Positions 50,108 to 63,545 are shown, counted from the whole stretch's first letter. The stretch: 63,747 nucleotides of DNA, filler included, from Reticulomyxa filosa (GCA_000512085.1; 23 parts of 23 records of this genome joined end to end with filler, not necessarily neighbours in it), one strand, 5' to 3'. The notes: generated by a model not told the origin, from the letters alone. Translations and numbers: made by a program.

Positions 50108-50521
50108 TTTATTTTATTATCTTTCTTTAAGGTTATCTTTTTTCCCCTTTTTTTGAAGGCACAGTGTTTCTCAATTTCTTTGTCCAGTTCACTAATGCGT
50201 TTCCAAATCTTGCGACAATGCCAAAAAAAAAATAACTTTGATCTTCCTGCCTCTTTCTCTATTGTTTCCCTTTTTTAAAAAATATGTATCATAACGATTT
50301 AAAAGAAAAAAGTGATCTTGTATAAACAACTTGGCAATGATGGAAAAAATAAATGAACCATCACCTTGTTGCAAAATTCTATCTTTGTTTATGACAGAAG
50401 TGAAAGAGAAACTTTATATTATTCAAGTAAAATTGCACAAATATGAATTTGTAAAAGAAAACAAGGTGCAAGTGTAACACGTTGGAGCTTTTTCAAATTT
50501 GAGAATTGACGGTGTTCTTTG

Positions 50522-51545
50522 ATGTCTTCATCAAGTGCAGATAAAAACGCTTCCACTAAAGAGCAAAAGAAATCATCAAATCTCGATGCATCTCAAAATG
50601 CATCTCAATCTTCGACGTCAAGGGACAACAGACCAAACAACAGGGAAAGTCGCCAACAGCGACTCGAGGCCGCAGAAAGAGGCTTAGGATTCCCTTCACG
50701 AACACCACCTCCATCATTAACATCAGCGACAGCCACAGCTACAGCAGCGATCCAAGGAAGAGAGAGAAGAGACGAAGATGCGTTCAGATATCCCAAACAA
50801 AAAAAGAAACGTCAGAGCTATTCGCATTCTCCATCGTTTTCCAATCGTCAAGATAGCACAATCCCAATTTCGAGGTACAAGAAATTTCTCGAAGTTCCTA
50901 GAGCAAGAGAAAAGAGGGAGGAGGGGGGGAGATAAGATGTACAATACAAAAAAAAAAAAAAAAAAAAAAAAAAATGAAACAAAAACAACTAAAGCGAAGA
51001 AAAAAAGCGACCTCCGCCAGACCCAGTGTCATGGCTATCACAAAAGCAAGAACCAACAGCAAGGAATAAGGAAGAGAATAAAAGTAAGACAGGATTGAAA
51101 ATAACATCGGACCCATTGGAAAAGAAAACAAACGACGTTTCGAATGAAAAGCGCGAAGTGAATACAAATGACGAAAAGCCATTAATCACTCGTTTCTATT
51201 CCAAGGAAACGTCCTCTCAGCAATTTTTCACCCCTTGCGTGTCCGCTTCAGAGCCCGTGATACTGAAAGGAGCACTATTGATTATGGTGATACCATAGTA
51301 CATATATGTGTGTTTGTCTTTGTCTTTGTTCCTGTCTTGTCTTTTTTTTTTTTTTAAAGAAAAAATAAAAATAAAAAATAAAAAAAGTCAACAATCGGGG
51401 TTGGTAATGTGGGCCAATTGGCAATGGACTTCCTGTTGACAAACTTGTTTGAACGGAATCAATTGGTGAAAATAGGCTATTTCTTGGGATCGTACTATCT
51501 TGCCGGCGGTGGGAACAGATGCTTTACTGTCGGCACCCACCGCAG
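50522..51545 (+). CDS. PSMG2: Proteasome assembly chaperone 2 (PAC2) with long disordered N-terminal extension; introns 50875-50994 and 51287-51387; 3'-truncated
   Basis: Spliced LKGALLIM|STIGVGNVGQLAMDFLL...KIGYF...GN matches the PAC2 signature SVGNVGQLA.D; intron phases are compatible. Confidence 0.8.
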
Positions 51546-54009
51546 CAAGGCTCGCAAAAAAAAAAAAATTCGTCATTCTTTNNNNNNNNNNNNNNNNNNN
51601 NNNNNNNNNNNNNNNNNNNNNNNNNTTAATTAATTAANNNNNNNNNNNNNNNNNNNNNNNNNNNNNNNNNNNNNNNNNNNNGCTATATTTCGACTAAATT
51701 CAGACAATCAAAATGTTGTCAGTCGTCTTGTCACGATACTTGATAGCAAGACAGTGTTTTCAATGTCATTGATTTTCCAAATTTTGAAGTGTTCGAGTCT
51801 GCAAGTGATTGCACTTTGAACCGATCTTCAAATCGACTGACAACGTATTGTTAGCATTATGTTGATAAGTGTCGTTGCCATTATCAAAGCATTTGCAGGC
51901 AAAAATTGATTTTCGTTGTTGGAACTTGAAGTATCGTTTTGTAGTTTGAATATTATTTATATTGATAAAATTAAGTCTCCAGAAAATAAAATCAAATTTA
52001 CAATTTTATGCTAAATGACAAAAGCAAAGTCTTAGTGTTTATACAATTTCATTTACTAAATGTTCGATTGAACAAAGCGACAATAGTATTTGTCTGCCAA
52101 TGAGAACATTAGTTCGTTTATAATAAAAGGTCAACTTGTCGGCCTCACTGGCCAATCAACCACTGCAATTGACTTTCAAATACTGTATATCGCTGTTTAT
52201 ATTGGAACAACGACTTAGTCTAGTCAGTTTTCTCAACTATATTGTAAAGGTAAACATAACAATACAAATATCTACTGCATGCACTCGCCAAAGTACTCCA
52301 CAATATCAACCTAAATATATTCATAGTCAGCAAATCCACCATTTTCAAGATCACGTCCTTTGCCAAACGCAACTAGTTTAGTTTGCTTGTCAATTTCACA
52401 CATATCACTTTGTGTGCCTTCAATTTTCACAGCAAATACCATTGCGTCTACTGCATAACACATCCAACGCCAATGGCACACATCCACAATCATACTGCAT
52501 TTATCGTGTTACTGTACCAATCATAAGGCAATAGAAACACCGATTCATGACTTATAAAAACACATATTGTATTTGTTCGCTGCTGTCACCAAACGACACT
52601 GACTTGTCGCGCTCCGCTCTCATGTCGAACATATCTTCGCTTCAGAAGACCATTTCGAAGCTATAGTCTTGACACGCTTGGACCAAAATAGAACTCGTCT
52701 TTTTTAAGGTTCCGTCGCTTGTGCCAAATGTAGAAAGTAGTCTATGTTAGGAAAACCGAAACAACTAAGGCTTAAATGTACACTGACAAAGTTTATAAGG
52801 CTTTCAGAGAAGCGTTGTCTGTTGAACAAACAACAAAAAGCCAGCTTTCCCTTTTNNNNNNNNNNNNNNNNNNNNNNNNNNNNNNNNNNNNNNNNNNNNT
52901 TAATTAATTAANNNNNNNNNNNNNNNNNNNNNNNNNNNNNNNNNNNNNNNNNNNNTTTACAAAATTGTATGGTATCAAATGATGTTTTCCCTAAAATATT
53001 GACCCCTTGAAAAATACATAAAGATATTCCCAAATGAATCAAACAAAATATTGAAAATAAAAATCTTGCACCATTCAAAGTCGTCATTAAAGTGGAAAGA
53101 GGTGGAATATCACATAGCAATAGCGTGGAAATTTCGGAAAAGAACACCTGATTGACAATCATGTTTTTGAAAATGGGTGCATCATCAAATGAAACAATTT
53201 TTTGGGTCCACAAATACGTGAATGTACTTTTTTTTGAATTAACTTGTGTAACAGTTATGCAATTTGTGATCCCTGTTCAACCAATATTTTGCAATTTTCG
53301 TTTCTCTAAAAATAACTTAACATATTTTATTAAAGTCATAAATTCGTCTTCTTTTAATAATATTTTTACATTATTGATTATAAAGAATCACAAAAACGCA
53401 ACCGAATTTTTTTCAAAGTACATGCGTCGATCAAAAGAACTGTACTTCTCAATTCAAACAAAATAAATCAATGGATATAAATATTGTTTTTAAAAAATGA
53501 AAACCATCAAACAAACGTCCACAAAGAACATTTGTATTCGTTTTGTTGTGTTATGTGAAACAAATGTGATTCACAGAACAAAAATCCTACATTATTTCAA
53601 AAAACACTTGATATCAATTGCTTGTTATCTTTATTGTTATCCACAAGAAATCTTGGAAAAAAAGAATGCAAGAAATAATTGCAATAAAAATGTGATTCAT
53701 TTCAGTACATAATAATAAACTTAAATAATGTGTATCTCTTTGTCGCAACTGCAATACTTATATCGATAATTCTAGAAAGTTCTTCTTTTGAAATGACTAT
53801 TTCTTTTTTGTTGTTGTTATAAACTTGCTCTTTTTTTAGTGGAAATCGTTACAAACTTTAAAAAAAACAATCACTTCATAAAATTCAGGCTATCTCTTTT
53901 TTTAAATACAACTTTTTTGGGGGGAAAAAACTCTTCATTTATTGGTAATCTGCCATCGACAATATGATTTGAAAAAGAAGCAATCACAAAGAGGGAACAA
54001 TATTAGGAG

Positions 54010-54170
54010 AAAAAGAAGAGCGCGAAAACCAATGCAATTATAAAAGAAAAATAAAGGAAATGAAAGATCATTTGGATAAGTTATGTCAATGAATTTCAAT
54101 TCAGCCAATTATCGCATTGGTCAAAGAGTTACAATTACAATTGCAAACTGAAAAATTGAAAACAGTTTTA
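54010..54170 (+). pseudogene. Remnant of a TRAF-type zinc-finger/coiled-coil gene
   Basis: CNYKRKIKEMKDHLDKLCQ*ISIQPIIALVKELQLQLQTEK: C...HL..C spacing with an in-frame stop. Confidence 0.4.
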
Positions 54171-54864
54171 GACAAAAAATTTATCCCCAAACACAAATTC
54201 GACCATTTCCTGAGCCATAATATAAATGAATACCACAATCATTTTTTGATTCTTGTTTATTATTATTTACTTTCTTTTTCAATGATACAAATNNNNNNNN
54301 NNNNNNNNNNNNNNNNNNNNNNNNNNNNNNNNNNNNTTAATTAATTAANNNNNNNNNNNNNNNNNNNNNNNNNNNNNNNNNNNNNNNNNNNNTGTACCAA
54401 ATTATGCGAATGTTTTTGTATACAATATTTTCAATTCAATAATTCAATTTAATATTTAGAAAAAGCAAACTATGGGCAATCAAACAGGAAGAGAAGAAAA
54501 ACTTTCCAAGATTTCAGAAACAAGCAAAAAAAAAAAAAAAGTAAATGAAAAAAAACATCAATGCGCATGTTCTACATCATCTCCACTTTATGATTCTATC
54601 TTGTTGCATCATCACCATCTGTGCCAATGTTTATACATTGTTCTGCTCATGTCAGTGACAATTTTGTGCTGGAAAAGAGATAAAATGTATGCACTTCTTT
54701 GGCTATTTTGTTTTATATTAATTAATGTGATGTTGGCATAGCATATAAAAAAAAAAGAAAATAAAGAGTATATATATAACACATATTACTTAACATCAAA
54801 TCTCAGCACTTTGATATTAATATTACCCAGCAATTGACATAAAGCATTGTTCACTATTTACAAT

Positions 54865-55984
54865 TTATATAAATAGTTGGACATTGCTTGTTTCACTTGT
54901 GCATATCGAGTCGTATTTAATCCTACTAAAGATGCGACGAACATACAATACTTTCTTGTGATAATTTATAGATTCCTTGAACATACCAAGTTTATGCAAT
55001 TGTAAAACGTATTGCTTGTCCATATCTTTTGTCGCAAAGTGAAGATTGACAAACATTTCTGTTTCGTTAATACAACACAATATTTCTTCAGTAAGGATTG
55101 AAATTTCATTTCTTTTTGAACCAATAAATTGTTTCAATTCGGCGCTGATGACATGGTTGTCCATTTTTAGTAGCATGAGATGCTATTGAAACAAATCCGA
55201 GGTGCTAATGCTGGTCATTACAATTTTCGAAGGTGTGATCGCATATTCGTTCTCATGCAACAGCAATCCGCTCTATGTCAATTCAGTTTGTAATGTTGGG
55301 TGGGGAGGGAGGGGGGGGGGAGAAAGCAAAAGACGACATACCACAGTAATAGACTGGGCCGAATCAATGTGGAAATCGTTGTGTTTCTTTTCTTCTTTTT
55401 CTTCAATATATTGTGATTGATAGATAATGGCTCTTTGGTAGTATCAGTACTGACTTTTTTTATTTTCTGATGCTTTCGTAGCTGCACTTTCAGTTCCCTT
55501 TGTTCCTGCGGCGATGCCCATAATTCATTGTTTTGCTTAGGCCCAGGCATTCAACAATTTTCTTGTGCGAGTGTTCTTTCCCCCACTATCGCTAGAATTG
55601 GAAGATTGCCTAGCACTAGCAGTAGACGGCTCATTAGGGCATTTAGTATTAGCCACCGCTTGGTCACTACTTTTTATAGATGTGGAGTCATCGCTTTTTT
55701 TGGGGGTTGTAACTGCATGTACAGTGTCGCCAGGTGGATGTTCCCACGTTTGTGATTTCGTGGATTTTATTAAATAATCTTGTTTTGCGAACTTTTTTAG
55801 ACCTAAAAGAAATACTTGAAGTAGCGTTTTTATTTTCGCTACTGGCTTGACTATTTTCTTGATCCTCACTTTCATGTTCTGTTGCTTGCCTTTGCTCGGT
55901 GCCAGAAGCATTAATAGATAGATCAGACATAGTTGGTTGTCCAAAAATGGAATACGCAAAGTTACGAACAGCTTTCATGGCCAC
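54865..55984 (-). pseudogene. Frameshifted hypothetical gene (degenerate WW-like and TPR-like segments)
   Basis: Chain of overlapping minus ORFs; YLIKSTKSQTWEHP (WW-like end) and LHKLGMFKESINYHKKVL (TPR-like). Confidence 0.3.
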
Positions 55985-56289
55985 AACTGCATCGATACAA
56001 TATTTATCTCGATTTTTTTTTTTTTGACTTTATTGTTTGTCATTGCGATGGCAAGTAATCAGGCTTGGCTTTAATTATTTTGAAACAAACAGCTATGANN
56101 NNNNNNNNNNNNNNNNNNNNNNNNNNNNNNNNNNNNNNNNNNTTAATTAATTAANNNNNNNNNNNNNNNNNNNNNNNNNNNNNNNNNNNNNNNNNNNNAA
56201 AAGAACATTGATACTTGAATCAACCTTCTTTTTATTTACTCCTTTTATTTCTTCCTTTTTTATTTTTTTTTTTGAAACAATAGTTTGAA

Positions 56290-56926
56290 TAACACAAACC
56301 AGTCATGAAATAGAAAAAAGCGGTCAATTTCCATCCCCACTGCTTTTCACAGGTGTAACCAATAAAAGTTTGTGAGACCAGATTGGTGAATATGTGAAGC
56401 ACTCCTGCGTGAAGCAAGGCCGGGACCACGAATCGATACACTTCTCCTTTTTGGATATCAGGTAGATATTTAGCGCCCATTGCGATGAACGTATCCGTGT
56501 CCGGGCCTGCCATGTCATTGTCCTTCACAAATGCGCCGCTATATTTCGCTTGGCCGACGATCAACTCGCAAATGAAAAATATTATTTGCACACATGTGAT
56601 CATAAAGATGAACGTGTTCACACCAAAGTCGGGTGCTAACACTTTGTTTAGTGGTGGATAAGGGCTCATGTCGCCTCCATCACCGCCTCCTACAAACAAT
56701 ATTTGTTGCTGTTGTCCTTGTTGTCCTTGTTGTGCTCCTTGGTCACCATTACTGCCACTTGGCACACGTTGTCCTAAGTTTCGTTTTTTGTTTGCTTGTC
56801 TTTTTCCGTTCCGCTCGCTACACGCAAACCAACACAAAAAAACCCTCGTCTTTCGTTGTAACCTTGTCGCATGGCTGGAAAGGCTTGCGAATTGGGTTCA
56901 TTGTAATCTGAGATACGATGAACATT
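56290..56926 (-). CDS. Rhomboid-family intramembrane protein (partial; catalytic exon not in contig)
   Basis: GP....IAMGAK...IQKGEVYRFVVPALLHAGVLHIFTNLVSQTFIGYTCEKQWG is the rhomboid L1/TM2 signature. Confidence 0.9.
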
Positions 56927-58419
56927 AGTCATTTCTTATTATTATTATGTCAACACTCAAAAAAAATTTCTTTGTTTTTAAAAAATTCAGTTTGTCTGTT
57001 TCCCAATCGAAGGATGGTGTTGTTTTGAGATATCGTAATAATAAAAATAAAAATGAAAGCAAAAAATATGGCCACTACAATCTTGGTTTTGCAAATTGGA
57101 AAAACTATTTTATTTTTTTTTACGTACATTTTTTCAAGAAAAGTGAGTATAGGAAGAAGAAAGAGAGAGAGAGAGAATGAATCAAAATGAAGAGTTGTGT
57201 TTTCTTGGAATGAGTTGTGCAAACGCAAAATAAGGTTCACTAGACCACAATAGTGGTAAGCATGATTTCAGANNNNNNNNNNNNNNNNNNNNNNNNNNNN
57301 NNNNNNNNNNNNNNNNTTAATTAATTAANNNNNNNNNNNNNNNNNNNNNNNNNNNNNNNNNNNNNNNNNNNNTTTTGTGGCACTATTTTCAAATCTTTGG
57401 GATGCCATTCATTATTTACAAATTGCAATCGAAATCTACTGTATCCCCTTCTCTTGGTTGTTCTTTCATTCCTTGATCTCTTCCTACTTTCCATAACACC
57501 ACCTATTGTTACATAGCAAGTCATGTGTTAACGTATAAAACGACTCCAAAATTTTAAAGTATATAACATAATTGAACCACTTTGTTTCATACAGTACATA
57601 CTTTTTCACGCTTTTCACTTGAGCATGTGGAAAACGGAACAACTTCTACTGTTGATTCCTTGCTTGATACACACACTTTTCCAGAATATAACTTTGGTAA
57701 TTTCATTTTTTTTACTGTTATTGTATTATTTTGATCTATTGTATACGTGCATTCCATTTCGTCACCTGTTTCGCATCTCAAATCTTCCCATTTCTCGTCA
57801 CTTAGATCAAGTTCGATTTTTTTATCACACTATTTGAATGTAGATCATTTTTATTGTTTTGTTTTTTATTAAACGTTTTTCACTTCAGAAGAACGTTACC
57901 TTCAAAAGTGTTTCTACAGTTGAATATCCTTTTGAAATCAACACAGTTTCTTTCTTTTCCATAGCCTTCCTCTCATTTTTTTCGTCTTCCATGTTTCCTT
58001 CGTCTTCAGTGTAGATTTATTCTTTGTTTGAAAGTTAACCCAACTGACTTGATTTTTTTCTTATTTCATGGGTTAACACCTTAGAATATGAAGTTTATTT
58101 TGGATATTGTTATAAAATTATTAGCATTAAAACTTTACTTTGGAAAATGGTACATTAGTAAAAAGATAACATAATCGCAACAGCCTTTAGAACACGTCTG
58201 CTGAATTTTAATTTTTGTTTTCTTCTTTAGTTAGTGTTTGTACATATAGTATTTTTTGTTGCTATCCATTGATTGATTAACTGCTTTTTTGTTTGATCGA
58301 GGGCTACATTTAAAAAAAATTTGCATGAAAATATTATTTAAAAAACAACCACAAAAAACAATAAAGGAAGGAATCAAGTTAAAAATTAAAAAATAACGAT
58401 GAAAAACTTTGTTATTCCC

Positions 58420-59190
58420 ATATAATAAATTGCCTATTTTAAGGAATTGGAAAAGTGTGTTTCAAACCTTTAGGCCAAATACAAAATCCATAAATAGCTT
58501 CTTCCTATCCCTCCTTTTCCAAGAGGTGTTGATTACCATCTCCATTACCAAGCACAGATGCTCTTCCACGCTTCCAAAATTGATCTCTTTCATTACCATA
58601 ACATTTCCCTCCTTGTTTCCCTGTCCCTTTCGTTCCATATCCCCACCGGCACAATTTGCCGTGTCCTAGTCCTTTCATCGAATCACACTTGGTCGAAACA
58701 TTTTGACATTCTTTGGAACAAGTGTTTACATGGATTGATCATTTCTTGGGTTGTTTGCCAGAGTAGTTTTAGTAACTTTTTTGAGTTGCTCTTGCTTCAA
58801 AAGTTTGTACGTAAGATTCAAGCCAGCAAGCTATTTATAACAATACTCTTTCAACATACTTTTGAAATTCTGTTTGAGCACATTCAACGTTATCCTTTTT
58901 TATTGTTTGTTCAAAAAAAAGGGCGAGATTTGTCATAAAAATTCTAACTAATCTCTTTTAGGCGCTGAGGTTGCTATGCAAATGTTTAACAATTTCAGCA
59001 TCTAACTGTGACACTAAATCTGTATCTTTATTCGCTGATACTGGAATAATACAAACCTTGTTAATATTTAATGATTTAAATTGTGTAAATAAATTTTGTA
59101 TTAATTCGTGTAATGAATTGATGTTTATCGAATTACAATTTCACTCGAAATTGTTTGGCAATTCTTTTAAAGCTTGGCATTTTTTTTAGA
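58420..59190 (-). pseudogene. Unidentified decayed gene
   Basis: Protein-like frame with scattered stops (ISSLQELIQNLFTQF...; MVMKEINFGSVEEHLCLVMEM...). Confidence 0.3.
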
Positions 59191-59331
59191 AAAATACTAA
59201 AACTTGTGATAATATTTAAACTTTACAAGGCTACAGAGTTTTCACTTGACCGTAGGTTAACAACAGTAAAACTGAGTCAACTTTTAAAGAAAAATCCTCT
59301 ATTGCAAGTCCAAAAAAAAGAGCATTTTTAA

Positions 59332-60535
59332 ATGAATGCAAAGCAAAGCACTACCTCTGTCAATCAAATTAGTACAAAATTGAACACTGTTACTGATGAA
59401 AAACGAAACGTGACACTACAATTGGTAAGGTTTCTTCTCGTTCAGTTTTGGCTTGTCGTTGAACCAGAGTGTATGAACAAAAAAAGTCAGAAAAAGAAAT
59501 AAAATATGTAATTCAAAATTGGTTGCGAATTTTAGATATCAAATTAGGATGGGTCTGTGATTTTGATAACATTGTTGTCAAATATGTTTAGTCATTTATT
59601 TTATTTCCCAAAAAATGTGTAAAACAAAAAGTTTATTATTAAGCATGAAATCTATGCAGGCTAAATATTTCCAATTGAAGAAAGTTTTAAAAGGGGATCA
59701 CGGCAAAATAAAGAGTGTAAGATTTTCACCAGATGGTCACAAGGTTGTTTCATCAGAAGATAAAACAATTTACATATGGGAAATTAAAACTGAAAAAAAA
59801 CAATGTCTCAAAGGACATTCGAATATCATTTGTTTCACAGAATTTTCACCAGATGGGAATAGTATCATATCTTGTTCGCAGGATGAGACAGTTCGATTGT
59901 GGGATGTAAAAACAGGAAGAGAGATTATGACATTTAGTGATGGTTTAGGTTCAGTATGGCATATTAATTCTTCTTCAGATGGTAAATATGTTGTATTAGG
60001 CTCACACGATAAAACAATAAGATTATTGGATATCAATTCTGGAAAAGTAATTCAAAAATGGGTAGGTCATTCTCTTGGTGTATGTAACGTACAATTTTCA
60101 CCAGATAATCAAAAGATTCTATCATCGTCTTTTGATGAAACATTTTATTTATGGGACGCAATATCAGGGAAAAAGTTGAAAGAATTAATAGGACATAAAG
60201 GTTATGTATATCGTGCAAGATTTTCTCCAGATGGTCAATGTATTGTATCTTGTTCATCTGACAAAACGATTCGACTGTGGGATGTAGCATCGGGAAAAAA
60301 CTTGAAAATATTGAAAGGACATACAAGTTATGTGGAAGATGTAGGATTTTTTCCAGATGGTCAGACTGTTGTATCTTGTTCGTCTGACAAAACCATTCGT
60401 TTGTGGGACATAAAATCAGAACAGGAAATACAACATTTGGAAGGACATCTACATATTTCAAGCATAGATGTTTCACCAACTGGTGATACAATTGTGTCAT
60501 GTTCTTATGATAATACAATCAAATTATGGGGATAA
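59332..60535 (+). CDS. WD40-repeat protein (3 exons; introns 59425-59486 and ~59586-59659)
   Basis: Seven GH...V.FSPDG..IVSCS.DKTIRLWD repeats, preceded by the exon EKEIKYVIQNWLRILDIKLGWVCDFDNIVVKY. Confidence 0.93.
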
Positions 60536-61423
60536 CATCAAATGTTTACATATTTTCCTATTCTCTGTGTTTTTTTGTTTGCCGTCATGATCTTTTTATT
60601 CTTTTTGGATTTTGTTTTCATTGAGAAATCTATTGTTAGTTACAAAGATATTTGCAAAAGATATCATGTAATTAAATTGTGGAATATGTTTTTGCTACTT
60701 CAAAATTGCATTACATTTTTTGATTGTTCAATGTATCAAAATTTACAAAATGATTTAAAGATTACAGATAGCTAGAGTATTTGGATTTTTTTTATTTTTT
60801 CAAAAGAATTTTTTCTTTGAATAAAATCAAATTTTGTGAAGAAATTGATTGAATGATTATTTTCAAAAATAACAATGATAATACACAAAATATTAGTAAA
60901 TAAAAAGTAGTACGTCTTCAATCTATGGAAATTAAAGTTGTATGGTGGGACCCGACTCACATGTACTAATTGTAATAAGAACAATAATATCAAGTAAAAT
61001 ATGAATTGTTATTTGTGTGTAAATTACCGCATATTGATGACTCAACGCAATGTTTTTGCATTTCATCCAATCTATTCGACTAAACAAAAAAAAAAAANNN
61101 NNNNNNNNNNNNNNNNNNNNNNNNNNNNNNNNNNNNNNNNNTTAATTAATTAANNNNNNNNNNNNNNNNNNNNNNNNNNNNNNNNNNNNNNNNNNNNCGT
61201 AGTTTACGAAGAAGCGTAGCCGATTTTTGGTAAATTAATTTTCATCAAACTTATATTTTCTCAATGTTATTTTTATCATTACCCCCCCCCACCCCCCCCC
61301 CTGGATGCAATCAAATCAAATATGACTTTTTTTTCCAAGTAGTTGCAAAACATTTTGAAAAACTGCAGAAAGAAGAGGGAAACGGGGTCCTTTGTTTGCA
61401 AAAATAAAGTAATATTTTGGATT

Positions 61424-62390
61424 ATGGCGACACTCTCGTTTACACATTTTGTCCAAACCATAGCAAATGAAGTGGGAATCCATTCACTGTCCTCAGATTT
61501 GGTGGATTATATAGAGCAGGACGTGAGGATAACAGCCCGACAACTGGTGTCGGACAGTAAGAAGTTTGCGTATCATTGTTTGCGTGGAAGCAAGCTATTG
61601 GGCTGCGACATCAACAATGCATTGGAGATGCGGAACAGTCCGCCGATGGTGGGATGCCACGAGGCGACGTTTATGCCGACGCAGGAGCGAGCATCCGGAG
61701 GGAGTAAGAAGTCAGAAGGAGGTGCAAACGGGGAGGACGAGCAGAAGAGCGCGTCAGCAAAGAGTGGAAAGAAAGGAAAGATATTGATGAAGCGCGATAA
61801 AAGAGTGACATTGTCAAGTTTAAAGAAGCAAGTGCCATTGAAGCCAGCAGACATAAGTATAAGTATCCGATGGTTGATGATCGACGGAGTGATTCCAAAG
61901 TCGTACGTGAATGCGCCAGAGCGGAAGGATATAAGACAGATGAAAGATAGCATAAAAGCGAAGAAGATGAAGCGCGACACGATATCGATGCATCGTGGAG
62001 AGCTGTATAGCAACGATATACGTTTAAAAAAGATCATCGCCCATCGCATCAGCAAAGAGCAGCAAATGTTATACGAAGTGTTGTGCAATGCCATGTATCA
62101 ATGCGACCGAAGCACATTGGTTACGTTGATCCACATTCTCAAGACCAACGACGCCGGCATCACACCACTGATCCCGTATCTCATGTCGTGGATGTCGCAG
62201 CAGGTGAGAGAGAGTCCTTTGGAGATCGAAATCAACGCCTCCATTCTTTCCGTCTGTGAGGCGCTCATCGACAGCGAATACGTCGTCCATAGTTTGGAGC
62301 ACTATTTGCAGCAATACTGTAGCATTGTTGTCACACTCTGTCTTCGAGACAAGTTATCTGATCCACAGCAACAGCAACAACAACAACAGC

Positions 62391-62421
<31 letters not shown>
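61424..62421 (+). CDS. TAF6: TFIID subunit TAF6 (3'-truncated at a poly-Q/CAA repeat)
   Basis: N-terminal H4-like histone fold (TIANEVGI...DSKKFAYH...DINNALEMRN), RWLMIDGVIP, HRISKEQQMLY, LKTNDAGITPLIPY. Confidence 0.88.
62367..62421 (+). repeat. (CAA/CAG)n trinucleotide repeat encoding poly-Q
   Basis: At least 18 Gln codons running into the contig end. Confidence 0.9.
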
Positions 62422-63259
62422 NNNNNNNNNNNNNNNNNNNNNNNNNNNNNNNNNNNNNNNNNNNNTTAATTAATTAANNNNNNNNNNNNNNNNNNNNNNN
62501 NNNNNNNNNNNNNNNNNNNNNATTTAATTCGCAGTTTCAATTTCACACTTAATAAACTAGAGTCACAATAGAACAATCGCAATTTTGAATATTTAAATCA
62601 CACAAAAGTGTTGTTACGAAAATTGGTATTTTCTTTTTCAATGTCAAAATTCATGAAATTCTTTTAAGAACATATATTTATATGCATGAATATAGTGAGT
62701 CTGGTAATGTATACAAAAACAGTAACAGCATTCAATTAAGGGTGCACTATACCTTAATTAGCAGCTCTAGCATTGTCAACGGCTTTATTGTTACCAACTT
62801 CGATCGATTAAAAGATTATTTCTTTAAGAGAGTGCCTTATTTGAGGTTGTGGTTTTGTGCTAAAAAGCAGACAACACACAAACTGTCAAACTGAACTGCG
62901 ACAAAAAGCCAAAGAAGCAACGAGACGGAGGAAGAAATAGACGCTACAACATTTAACTCATAAAAATTATTTATACATATAAAAAATTTCAAGTGTAAAA
63001 AAAGTTTTTCTTGATTATCTTATTTGTTTTTCACTTTTATAACTTCGAGATCTTAGTGTTTTTGAGTATTTTGAAAATATACATTAGATATTTCGAAGGT
63101 CAATACATTTCGCACGAAGTAAATAATTTCAAACGTTTTCAAATTCAAATAAAATTTTTGTTCAAATGCTTTCATTTGCTTCTTTCAAGGCACAATTTCA
63201 TTTTCAATTCTTGTCTTGGAGAATGAACAGGATTATTTATTTCTTCTTTTTTGTTGTTT

Positions 63260-63545
63260 TTTATGAATTGAACATTATTTTTTTATCTCAGGTTGTTTCA
63301 AATTGTTCTTTCTACGTGTAGATAATTTATTATATTGTCTTTTGATAAGTAATGAATTGCTCACGTGATTTCCTTTGACTTTGCAAAATATGTATTTTTG
63401 TCTTTTATTGTTTTTCTTGTGGAAACAATATTCGTATCAACTCTCGAAAACGAGTGCGAAATCAAGGAGACATTGGAAGATTATGGATATCAAATACAAG
63501 AAATAAAATGATTCCATAAGATGCCAATTTTTTATCGTGAAAATT
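63260..63545. mobile_element. Probable LINE ORF1/gag-like remnants in opposite orientations
   Basis: Plus strand EIKETLEDYGYQIQEIK*FHKMPI, sharing 28 identical bp with 15541-15568; minus strand FCKVKGNHVSNS is knuckle-like. Confidence 0.45.

Noticed and set aside
51682-52855. Possible decayed gene on the minus strand
   Set aside because: All frames are heavily interrupted and no family motif could be supported.
52957-53466. Plus-strand frame interrupted only by three TGA codons (possible UGA=Trp code or organellar DNA)
   Set aside because: No recognisable protein results, TGA is used as a normal stop by other genes in the window, and the pattern is compatible with chance or an antisense shadow.
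1464-62521. Regularly recurring TTAATTAATTAA flanked by Ns as a biological repeat or CRISPR-like array
   Set aside because: It has a fixed 100-bp N-padded structure with six-frame stops, so it is an assembly concatenation linker.
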